A DNA stretch of 32,000 nucleotides from Candidatus Methylomirabilis oxygeniifera (GTDB lineage Bacteria > Methylomirabilota > Methylomirabilia > Methylomirabilales > Methylomirabilaceae), in the NCBI GenBank assembly GCA_000091165.1, contig FP565575.1, positions 2,160,001 through 2,192,000 on the forward strand. The letters run 5' to 3'. A program made the translations under genes and the position numbers. Shown one piece after another: positions 7,491-14,997 of the stretch. The notes beneath the pieces were generated by a model. That model was not told the DNA's origin. It saw nothing but the letters and a program-made list of their open reading frames with translations, and did no database searches. Within the stretch, counting starts at the first letter, position 1. The number at the start of each line of letters is the position of its first letter.

Positions 7491-7571
7491 GCGCTCAGCC
7501 ATCAGCAGTCAGCAGAATCAGGATAAGGAAACGAAGGCTGATCGCCGAAAGCTGACTGCTGTTCGCTTCAG
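7491..7571. repeat. Heptad-repeat hairpin element, TCAGC/GCTGA type (copy A)
   Basis: Left units are GCGCTCA GCCATCA GCAGTCA GCAGAAT. Right units are GCTGATC GCCGAAA GCTGACT GCTGTTC GCTTCAG. Terminal stem is CAGCAGTCAGC / GCTGACTGCTG. Fills the gap between the cupin stop (7568) and the kinase start. Confidence 0.8.
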
Positions 7572-7840
7572 TCGAACCGGTAATGCTTTTTCACGGGGCA
7601 GCGAATATCCCAGGTGCAGGCTATCCCGACGGGAAATACGACGAGATCGCCCTTACCGATCTGCACCGGCTCCCCCTCGTCAGGCGTGACGATGACCTCC
7701 CCCTCCAGGAAATAGCAGGTCTCTGTGCGGTCGTAGTTCCAGGGGAAGATCGAGACCTCCTTACTCCAAGTCGGCCAGGTTGTGACCCTGAGCGCTGCAA
7801 GGCGATCCTGGGAAGGGTTGCGCTCTATCCGAATCCTCAT
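7568..7840 (-). CDS. Small cupin (cupin_3 / DUF861-like)
   Basis: 90 aa from the ATG preceded by AAGGAGGA 8 nt upstream. Carries WPTWSKE...ETCYFLEGEV.V.PD.GEPV.IGKGDLVVFP.G..C.W.I...V.KHY. The longer 257-aa ORF-track version has a low-complexity N-terminus. Confidence 0.8.
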   Translation of the reverse strand: MRIRIERNPSQDRLAALRVTTWPTWSKEVSIFPWNYDRTETCYFLEGEVIVTPDEGEPVQIGKGDLVVFPVGIACTWDIRCPVKKHYRFD

Positions 7841-8207
7841 AGTTCCGTCCTCCTTCTGCGCCAACATATCTCCTTGGCAAGTAGCCGCATGGTAAGCCGC
7901 CCCTGACACACCGGTCAAGCCGAAACTGAAACTGATGGTATCCCCGCAGTCTCGGATGGACTCCTTCCGTGTGCTGCGGGACTCGCGGATGGTGATCGTT
8001 GCCGTTCCCCTCCGGTCCAGGGCTTCCCTTCTGGGAACAGCGATGTTGCAAGGAGCGCTCAGACAGTCCTCGCACACTCCAGGACCCCACCCAAGACTGA
8101 GCGATGACATCTGATGGACATGTTGTCTCATCTGCCCTCTCGGACGACCCTTGGAACCGCGCGCCCGCTCTGCTATCATCTCTGTAGAGGATAGGAAAGG
8201 AGAGGCC

Positions 8208-8447
8208 ATGCCGACCCCTGAGGAGCTCAAGGAAGAGGACAGGAAGATACGGCAACTTCGGCTCGTGGTCAGCCTCACGATGAGCACAATCAGCCAGACG
8301 ACACTATCGCTCGATGAGGCCTCCAGGATGGTCATCGCCACGAGGGAATTGGCACTACGCCTCTTTCCCGGGAAGGAGCTGGCCTTCGATCTGATCTATC
8401 AGCCCCGCTTCCGGAGACTCCTGGCCGAACGGTACCACCTCCATTAA
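8208..8447 (+). CDS. Hypothetical small protein (79 aa)
   Basis: ATG preceded by AAGGAGAGG. Helical-looking sequence with no family recognised. Lies 28 nt upstream of nfo on the same strand. Confidence 0.4.
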   Translation: MPTPEELKEEDRKIRQLRLVVSLTMSTISQTTLSLDEASRMVIATRELALRLFPGKELAFDLIYQPRFRRLLAERYHLH

Positions 8448-8475
8448 GCCTGTCTTTCACACCATCGCCACCTCA

Positions 8476-9366
8476 ATGAGAACACAGCAGTCACAACACT
8501 CCAAGCTCAAAGACTTGCTCCTCGGCGCCCATATGTCGATTGCAGGAGGGGTCGATCTGGCGCCGCTGAGGGGCCAACAGGTCGGCTGTCACACAATCCA
8601 GCTTTTCACCAAAAGCAGCAACCAGTGGCGGGCCAGATCGTTGCCCGCCGACGAGATCGACCGATTCCATGCCAATCTTCGGGCTGCCGCCATCGCTCAG
8701 ACCGTAGCCCACGGCGCGTACCTGATCAATCTGGCATCCACGGACCCCGCATTACATCAGAAGTCGATGGCGGCCTGCCTGGAGGAGCTCGAACGGGCAG
8801 AGGCGCTGGGTATCCCCTCCCTCGTAATCCATCCAGGTGCCCACATGGGGGCCGGCGAGGCGGCGGGATTACAACAGGTGGCGAACAACATTCGGGAACT
8901 GCTGAAGCGGACGAAGGGCTATCGGGTACAGGTGGTTCTTGAGACCACGGCCGGTCAGGGAACCACGTTAGGACATCGCTTCGAGCAGATCGCCCTTCTT
9001 TTGAATCAGATCGATCTTTCAGAGCGAACCGGCGTCTGCCTGGATACGTGTCACCTGTTTGCGGCCGGTTACGATATCCGGACACCGGATGGGTATGCGA
9101 ACGTTCTGAAGCTGTTCGATCAGACCGTGGGTATCTCCTCCCTCAAGGTCATTCACCTCAACGACTGTAAGAAGGAGTTGGGCTGTCGCGTGGACCGCCA
9201 CGAGCACATCGGCAAGGGGGCGATCGGGCTTGACGCATTCCGCTGCCTGGTCACCGATCCTCGCCTGCGGGGTATCCCGATGATCATCGAAACCCCGAAG
9301 GACGGCAATTTTATCACAGCTGATTGCCGAAATCTGAAGATCCTTCAAGACCTGGCGAAGAAGTAG
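8476..9366 (+). CDS. nfo: Endonuclease IV (deoxyribonuclease IV)
   Basis: 296 aa, collinear with E. coli Nfo blocks (GAHMSIAGG, LFTKSSNQWRA, HGAYLINLAS, HPGAH, LETTAGQG, CLDTCHLFAAGYD, HLNDCK...RVDRHEHIG.G). Confidence 0.95.
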   Translation: MRTQQSQHSKLKDLLLGAHMSIAGGVDLAPLRGQQVGCHTIQLFTKSSNQWRARSLPADEIDRFHANLRAAAIAQTVAHGAYLINLASTDPALHQKSMAACLEELERAEALGIPSLVIHPGAHMGAGEAAGLQQVANNIRELLKRTKGYRVQVVLETTAGQGTTLGHRFEQIALLLNQIDLSERTGVCLDTCHLFAAGYDIRTPDGYANVLKLFDQTVGISSLKVIHLNDCKKELGCRVDRHEHIGKGAIGLDAFRCLVTDPRLRGIPMIIETPKDGNFITADCRNLKILQDLAKK

Positions 9367-9559
9367 TCGGTCCCGCACCGGCCTGCCGCGTCAGTTCACT
9401 GCTCACGCTACCGTCATCGGGACGATTTTTGATTGCATTGATTCTGAAAAGGAGTTAACGTGAGAGCGCGAGAAAAGGCGAGAAGAACTCCGCACCTGTG
9501 GGTCTGCCTCAGGCCGGCGGAGCAGAAGATGCAAGGAGGTCGCCCGGGGCTATTTCGCC

Positions 9560-10222
9560 ATGATCCAGATGTTCCATGTGTATAAAACGTTTGGAAAAGA
9601 TCTGGAGGCCTTGGTTGATGTCGATCTTCATATTCACAAAGGGGAGATGGTCTTCCTGGCCGGCCCCAATGGCGCCGGAAAAAGTACACTACTCCGCTTA
9701 ATCTTCTGTGACGAGGTCCCTACCTCCGGTCAGATCCTGGTCAACGGCCGCAACATCGTCCGCATGAAACCGAGAATGGTCCCACAACTGAGACGGACTC
9801 TGGGGATCGTCTTTCAGGATTTCAAGCTCCTTCGCGACCGGACTATCGAGGAGAACTTAGCTTTGGTTGCGAGAGTAGTCGGCCTGACGATGCCACAAAC
9901 CCGGTACAAGGTCGCGCAACTGCTGACGCTGGTCGGGCTGTCTCACAAGGCGCAGATGGCGCCGTATAAGCTGTCAAGCGGCGAGCAGCAGCGGGTGGCC
10001 ATGGCAAGAGCGTTGATGAACGATCCTCTCATTCTCCTGGCCGACGAACCGACCGGGAATCTGGATGCTGAGCTGGCCACAGACGTCCTGCGACTCCTCT
10101 TTGAGGTAAACGCACAGGGAACGACCGTCCTAGTGGCTACTCACAACCTTAAGCTGGCAGAGGAGGCGGGCTGCCGCACAGTGTTTCTCAAGCAAGGAAA
10201 GATCGTCGGAGAATGGCGGTAA
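9560..10222 (+). CDS. ftsE: Cell-division ABC ATPase FtsE
   Basis: 220 aa with Walker A GPNGAGKST, signature LSSGEQQR and Walker B ILLADEPT. Followed by ftsX. Confidence 0.9.
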   Translation: MIQMFHVYKTFGKDLEALVDVDLHIHKGEMVFLAGPNGAGKSTLLRLIFCDEVPTSGQILVNGRNIVRMKPRMVPQLRRTLGIVFQDFKLLRDRTIEENLALVARVVGLTMPQTRYKVAQLLTLVGLSHKAQMAPYKLSSGEQQRVAMARALMNDPLILLADEPTGNLDAELATDVLRLLFEVNAQGTTVLVATHNLKLAEEAGCRTVFLKQGKIVGEWR

Positions 10223-10238
10223 ATAGGGTGATGTGTGA

Positions 10239-11135
10239 ATGGTTGAGAAACTGAAATATCTGTTGACTCATGCTCTGATCAACTTGGTTCGCGCCGGGTG
10301 GGGCGGCTTGGCATCGATCGCCAGCATCGCGGTGTCGTTTGTCATTATCGGCATTTTTATCCTGGTGATTCAACACTTCAACGCGCTTATTGCTGAGTGG
10401 CAGGAACAGTTCCAGGTGTCTGTCTTTCTGGACGACCAGATTACCCCTTTGCAGTTGGACATGCTGAAGCGACGGATCGAGAACGAGGCGGCCGTCAAGG
10501 CCTTTACGCATACAAGCAAGGAAGAGGCGCTCACTAACTTTCGTCGGGAACTCAAAGGACAGGAGAGTCTCCTCGAAGGGCTCGGGGATAATCCGCTTCC
10601 CGCGTCGTTTCAACTCAAGATTCGCGAAGAGTATCAGAGCTCGGAGGCCCTCAAGGGGCTCAGCGCATTCCTGAGCCGCCTCGAGGGGGTAGAGGACATC
10701 CAATACGGGCAGGAATGGGTCGAACGTATGACTCGGGCCGGACAACTCATCAGGCTGTTGGGCGCCATTATCGGTTCGGTGCTCACGCTCGGGTCGGCAA
10801 TGATTGTCTCCAATACCATTCGACTCGCAGTCTATGCGCGCGCACAGGAGGTTGAGATTATGCGCCTTGTTGGCGCTACCAAAGCGTATATCCGCGCCCC
10901 CTTCCTGGTAGAAGGGATGCTCCAGGGCGGCCTTGGCGCCGCGCTCGCACTGGGCGTCCTATTCGCGGCCTACCGCTTCGTCGCGCCGACCTTCAATGTG
11001 GTCGCCCCACTCTTCTCGATAGGAGCAGGCCAAGGATTCCTGGAATCGTCGATGATGGCAGGTTTGGTCGGTGGCGGCGCAGCAATCGGCGCTCTTGGCA
11101 GTTCGCTCGCTGTCAACCGTTTCCTGAAGATGTAG
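10239..11135 (+). CDS. ftsX: Cell-division permease-like protein FtsX
   Basis: 298 aa. One N-terminal TM segment, a periplasmic domain and three C-terminal TM segments. Synteny with ftsE and an M23 activator. Confidence 0.9.
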   Translation: MVEKLKYLLTHALINLVRAGWGGLASIASIAVSFVIIGIFILVIQHFNALIAEWQEQFQVSVFLDDQITPLQLDMLKRRIENEAAVKAFTHTSKEEALTNFRRELKGQESLLEGLGDNPLPASFQLKIREEYQSSEALKGLSAFLSRLEGVEDIQYGQEWVERMTRAGQLIRLLGAIIGSVLTLGSAMIVSNTIRLAVYARAQEVEIMRLVGATKAYIRAPFLVEGMLQGGLGAALALGVLFAAYRFVAPTFNVVAPLFSIGAGQGFLESSMMAGLVGGGAAIGALGSSLAVNRFLKM

Positions 11136-11156
11136 TCGGCAGTCACTGGAAGGAGG

Positions 11157-12395
11157 ATGATGTCCCGTTCTTCTCTTCGCCTCAGGACGGTGGTGGCCCT
11201 CATAGCGTTCCTCCTGCTCGGCTCGTCATCCGGCGTGGCAGCCGAAACAAAGACAGGGGCCTCATCGCGCCTCCGCGAAAAGCGTCAAGAGCTCAGCCAA
11301 GTAAAAAGAGATCTGAACCGGGAACGCAAGCAGGCGCAACAGGTGGCGCAGAAGGAGCGAACGCTTTTTGACGAGCTGGACCGGATCGATCATGAGCTGC
11401 AGCAAAAGGGACGGGAACTGAAGGAATTGCAGACCAGGCTGAAGGTAAGTGCTGAACGGCTGCTGACCACTCAGCACGATATCACACTCACCCGGACTCG
11501 CCTTAACCAGATACAGGACCTGTTCCGGAGGCGCATGCGCGCCATTTACAAACAGGGACGACACGGCTATGTCCAGGCCCTCCTATCCTCGGAGGATCTA
11601 TCGGGCGCCGAGCGCCGCATACGGTACCTCGGGGCAATTGCTAATCAGGACCAGCGGATGGTGGCGGCCTACACGACCACTCTCGACACGCTGGGGGCTC
11701 AACAGGCCACGTTGGAACAGTCAAGGGCTGAACTGACCACGAGCCAGAAAGCCATCACAGCAAAGCGCGAAGAGATTCTGGAGGAGCAGAATACCAGACG
11801 CGTGTTGTTGGCCAAGGTTCAGGAGCACAAGAAGGGCCACTTGACAGCCATCCGGGATCTGGAGCTGGCGGCCCGCGAGCTCCAGGGTCTTATCAGTCGC
11901 CTGCAGCAACAGAGGCGACTCCAGATCGCAAGAGGGTCTCGCCCCGCACCGTCGCGGGCTCATGGCCAGACCGACGAATCGGATGGATCGTTTTCATCGC
12001 TCAAGGGCCGCTTGCCGTGGCCCACGGCCGGCGTCATGACGTCTACGTTCGGTCGGCAGGAGCACGTACGGTATAGGACGGTCACATTTAACCACGGCAT
12101 CGAGATTCATGCCCCAGAGGGACAAAAGATCGCGTCAGTCTCCGACGGCGTTGTACTGTACGCTGATTGGTTCAAAGGGTATGGCCGCTTGATCGTCCTT
12201 GACCACGGGGACGGGTACTACACCGTCTATGCGCATGCCGCCGAGATCCTTGTCAGACTGGGCGATCACGTGACGAAGGGACAGACCATCGGGTTGGTGG
12301 GCGCCACGGGGTCTGTGACCGGATCCCAGCTCTATTTCGAAGTACGGTATCAGGGCGGGGCTCAGGATCCCGCAGCCTGGCTTGTCTCTAACTGA
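11157..12395 (+). CDS. EnvC-like murein hydrolase activator (coiled coil + M23/LytM peptidase domain)
   Basis: Signal peptide, long Q/E/R/L-rich coiled coil, and a C-terminal M23 domain (HGIEIHAPEG...VLDHGDGYYTVYAH...GATGSVTGSQLYFEVR). Confidence 0.85.
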   Translation: MMSRSSLRLRTVVALIAFLLLGSSSGVAAETKTGASSRLREKRQELSQVKRDLNRERKQAQQVAQKERTLFDELDRIDHELQQKGRELKELQTRLKVSAERLLTTQHDITLTRTRLNQIQDLFRRRMRAIYKQGRHGYVQALLSSEDLSGAERRIRYLGAIANQDQRMVAAYTTTLDTLGAQQATLEQSRAELTTSQKAITAKREEILEEQNTRRVLLAKVQEHKKGHLTAIRDLELAARELQGLISRLQQQRRLQIARGSRPAPSRAHGQTDESDGSFSSLKGRLPWPTAGVMTSTFGRQEHVRYRTVTFNHGIEIHAPEGQKIASVSDGVVLYADWFKGYGRLIVLDHGDGYYTVYAHAAEILVRLGDHVTKGQTIGLVGATGSVTGSQLYFEVRYQGGAQDPAAWLVSN

Positions 12396-12405
12396 TGTGA
12401 AACGA

Positions 12406-12468
12406 GAGGGTTGAGGGTTTAATCAAAGGGGACCCCCTAGACCCTAAACCCTAGGCCCTATACCCTTT
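12406..12468. repeat. Heptad-repeat hairpin element, GGGTT/CCCTA type (copy B), 9 x 7 nt
   Basis: GAGGGTT GAGGGTT TAATCAA AGGGGAC CCCCTAG ACCCTAA ACCCTAG GCCCTAT ACCCTTT, between the envC-like stop (12395) and the ctpA start (12485). Confidence 0.8.
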
Positions 12469-12484
12469 CTCTTAGGAGGAATCG

Positions 12485-13825
12485 ATGAGATTCGGAGATC
12501 TGTTTCGAAAGGGGCGGAAGGGTGTCGTCATCATATTGACGATGGCGTTGTTGGTCATCGGTGGCGGCGGCCACCATGAGGTCACGGCTGTCGAGGACAG
12601 CTACGAACGGCTGAAGGTCTTCGCCGAGGTCCTGTCGCTGATTCAGGCGAATTACGTCGAGGAGACGAAGCCTCGCGACCTGATCTACAGCGGCATTAAG
12701 GGAATGCTGGAGTCGCTGGATCCTCACAGCGCCTTCATGCCGCCCGATATCTTCAAAGAGATGCAGGTTGAGACTCAGGGCTCGTTCGGAGGGCTGGGAA
12801 TCGAGATCACGGTCAAGGACAGGATGCTGACGGTGGTGGCGCCGATTGAAGGGACCCCCGCCGATCGGGCCGGGATTCACCCTGGCGACCGGATCGTCAA
12901 GATCGACGGAAGTCCGACGAAAGACATGACCCTCATGGAGGCGGTAAAAAAGCTCCGAGGTCCAAAGGGGACAAACGTGGTTGTGACTATCCTCCGCGAG
13001 GAGTCCCCTGGGCCGTTCGAGCTGACGTTGGTTCGGGAGATCATCGAGGTCAAGAGCGTCAAAGTCAAAGAGTTGGGCGATGGGGTCGCCTACGTCCGGA
13101 TCAGCGCGTTCCAGGAACGAACCGGAAAGGACCTCCAGAAGGCGATCGAACAGTTGGGACAGAACGGGATGTCCGCGATGGTGCTGGATCTTCGCAACAA
13201 CCCGGGCGGCCTCTTAAACCAGGCTGTTCAGGTGTCCGAACTGTTCCTGGACCAAGGGCAACTCATCGTCTACACCGAGGGTCGGATCAAGAATCAAGAT
13301 CTCCGCTTCTCGGCGGAACACGGGGCTCAGATCCCCAAGGTTCCTATGGTGGTCTTGGTGAACGGAGGATCCGCCAGCGCCTCCGAGATCGTCGCGGGCG
13401 CGCTTCAGGACTGGAAGAGGGCCGTAGTCCTTGGAACCAAGACCTTCGGGAAGGGGTCGGTGCAGACAGTGGTTCCGCTAAGCGATGGTTCCGGCCTGCG
13501 TTTGACTACGGCAAAGTACTTCACGCCAAAAGGGCGATCAATCCACGGCACAGGACTTGTGCCTGATATCATTGTGGAGGCGCCACGGCCCACCATGGCG
13601 AAGGCACAGGTTGACCCCGCTGAAAAGGAGAGTGAGTCGGGGAAAGAGCGTCCTGAGAGACGACAGGAGAAGAAGATCTCCGAAGAGGAGGGAGACGTCA
13701 CGCTCCAGATCGGCAAGCGAGAGGGGCCTGATCCCAGCACCGACGTCCAGTTGAAGCGAGCAATGGAGATTCTCAAGGCCAGCCAGATCATCGAGAAGGG
13801 ATTCATGAAGGGGAACGCTGGATAA
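12485..13825 (+). CDS. ctpA: Carboxy-terminal processing protease (S41A, PDZ-containing)
   Basis: 446 aa with TM/signal anchor, PDZ (GLGIEI...GTPADRAGIHPGDRIVKIDG) and catalytic blocks (LDLRNNPGG, GSASASEIVAGALQD, TFGKGSVQ). Confidence 0.9.
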   Translation: MRFGDLFRKGRKGVVIILTMALLVIGGGGHHEVTAVEDSYERLKVFAEVLSLIQANYVEETKPRDLIYSGIKGMLESLDPHSAFMPPDIFKEMQVETQGSFGGLGIEITVKDRMLTVVAPIEGTPADRAGIHPGDRIVKIDGSPTKDMTLMEAVKKLRGPKGTNVVVTILREESPGPFELTLVREIIEVKSVKVKELGDGVAYVRISAFQERTGKDLQKAIEQLGQNGMSAMVLDLRNNPGGLLNQAVQVSELFLDQGQLIVYTEGRIKNQDLRFSAEHGAQIPKVPMVVLVNGGSASASEIVAGALQDWKRAVVLGTKTFGKGSVQTVVPLSDGSGLRLTTAKYFTPKGRSIHGTGLVPDIIVEAPRPTMAKAQVDPAEKESESGKERPERRQEKKISEEEGDVTLQIGKREGPDPSTDVQLKRAMEILKASQIIEKGFMKGNAG

Positions 13826-13829
13826 GGCA

Positions 13830-13892
13830 GCAGTCAGCCATCAGCATTCAGCGGTCAGCTCCAAGCTGTTTGCTGAGAGCTGATAGCTGCTC
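13830..13892. repeat. Heptad-repeat hairpin element, TCAGC/GCTGA type (copy C), 9 x 7 nt
   Basis: GCAGTCA GCCATCA GCATTCA GCGGTCA GCTCCAA GCTGTTT GCTGAGA GCTGATA GCTGCTC, all in one 7-nt register. Lies 5 nt after the ctpA stop and 7 nt before the tsaD start. Confidence 0.85.
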
Positions 13893-13898
13893 TTCACA

Positions 13899-14987
13899 AT
13901 GGCACATCTGACTCTGGGAATTGAAACCTCGTGCGATGAGACGGCGGCCGCTATCCTGGAGGATGGTCGACGCATCCGTTCTTCCGTCGTCGCCTCTCAG
14001 GATCTCCTCCACGCCCCTTACGGCGGGGTCGTCCCCGAATTGGCCTCACGTCGTCATACAGAGGTTATCTGGCCGGTGGTCCGGGAGGCGTTGACGAGGG
14101 CGGGGGTCGGCCTCGACAACCTTGATGGCATTGCGGCAACGTCAGGGCCAGGACTGATCGGCTCGCTGCTGGTTGGCCTCTGCTTCGGAAAGGCGCTCGC
14201 CTTTGCCTGTGGAATCCCCCTAGTCGGCGTAAACCACCTAGAGGGACATCTCTATGCCGCCCTGTTGGATCACGAAGGGCTTTCCTTCCCCTTCACCGGA
14301 CTCGTGGCATCGGGTGGTCATACCCACCTGTACCTGGCCACAGCCCCTGGCGAGTATCGCTTGCTGGGCCGAACCAGAGACGATGCCGCAGGAGAGGCAT
14401 TCGACAAGGTAGCAAAGTTTCTCGGTCTCGGTTATCCGGGCGGGCCGCTGATCGAGAAGTGGGCCCAGAAGGGCGATCCGAACGCTGTACGGTTTCCCAG
14501 GTCGATTCCTCCGCGAGGCTCATACGATTTCAGTTTCAGCGGCCTGAAGACCGCAGTGGTGAATTACGTGAAGAGTGCAACGTTCAAGGTTCAAGGTTCA
14601 GGGGAACCCCCCCTATCCCCTAGCCCCTCGACCCTAGACCCTCGTGTGGTGGCGGACATCTGCGCTGGATTCCAGGAGGCTGTGGTGAATGTGCTGGTTC
14701 GCGTGAGTCTGGCGGCGGCGAAGGCGTCCGCCTCTCGCCGTCTCGTGCTGGCCGGAGGGGTGGCCTGCAACGGCAGGCTCCGCTCGGAGTTTGTGGAGCG
14801 GGCACCAGGGGAAGGCGTACAGGTCTACTACCCCACGCCGTCTCTGTGTACCGATAACGCCGCCATGATTGCTGCCGCCGGTTACCCTCGTCTTCTGCGC
14901 GGCGAGCGAGCCTTACTCTCGCTGAACGCCGACGCCGATCTCGCTCTTGGCCTGTCTGCGTGCCCCACACAGGCAGACCTGACATAA
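13899..14987 (+). CDS. tsaD: tRNA N6-adenosine threonylcarbamoyltransferase TsaD, carrying a 21-codon repeat-derived insertion
   Basis: 362 aa with canonical blocks (LGIETSCDETAAAI, GPGLIGSLLVG, VNHLEGH, ASGGHT, DDAAGEAFDK, GGVACN, CTDNAAMIA). Confidence 0.95.
   Translation: MAHLTLGIETSCDETAAAILEDGRRIRSSVVASQDLLHAPYGGVVPELASRRHTEVIWPVVREALTRAGVGLDNLDGIAATSGPGLIGSLLVGLCFGKALAFACGIPLVGVNHLEGHLYAALLDHEGLSFPFTGLVASGGHTHLYLATAPGEYRLLGRTRDDAAGEAFDKVAKFLGLGYPGGPLIEKWAQKGDPNAVRFPRSIPPRGSYDFSFSGLKTAVVNYVKSATFKVQGSGEPPLSPSPSTLDPRVVADICAGFQEAVVNVLVRVSLAAAKASASRRLVLAGGVACNGRLRSEFVERAPGEGVQVYYPTPSLCTDNAAMIAAAGYPRLLRGERALLSLNADADLALGLSACPTQADLT
14583..14645 (+). repeat. Heptad-repeat element (GGGTT/CCCTA type, copy G) embedded in frame in tsaD, 9 x 7 nt
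   Basis: TTCAAGG TTCAAGG TTCAGGG GAACCCC CCCTATC CCCTAGC CCCTCGA CCCTAGA CCCTCGT. Corresponds to codons 229-249 (FKVQGSGEPPLSPSPSTLDPR). Confidence 0.8.
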
Positions 14988-14997
14988 AGGAACGCGA

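Noticed and set aside
7841-8207. Possible known riboswitch in the cupin leader. GGTTCC...GTCGTCCGAGAG resembles the 5' half of guanidine-I (ykkC). ACCGGAGGGGAAC and ACACGGAAGGAG resemble glycine-riboswitch cores. GGGTCGT resembles ZTP.
   Set aside because: The partner conserved segments are absent or wrongly spaced: the ykkC 3' ACACGG.GGGA.AAAAGCCCGGGAGA, the glycine GGAGAG and CAGGCAAAAGGAC, and the ZTP CCGCCTGGGC. The matches look like chance.
7841-8341. N-terminal 167 residues of ORF 7568..8341 (a longer cupin protein), and ORF 7761..8255
   Set aside because: Ser/Arg/Gly-rich and low-complexity. A strong AAGGAGGA SD precedes the internal ATG at 7840, and cupin_3 proteins are typically about 90-120 aa.
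9369-9431. Possible nfo terminator (GTCCCG ... CGGGAC followed by GATTTTTG)
   Set aside because: Only a 6-bp stem closing a loop of about 45 nt. Not a convincing intrinsic terminator.
9460-9594. 44-codon upstream ORF (GTG after AAGGAG) overlapping the ftsE start out of frame
   Set aside because: Short and Arg-rich, with no recognisable features. Could be a leader peptide, but there is no support beyond the SD.
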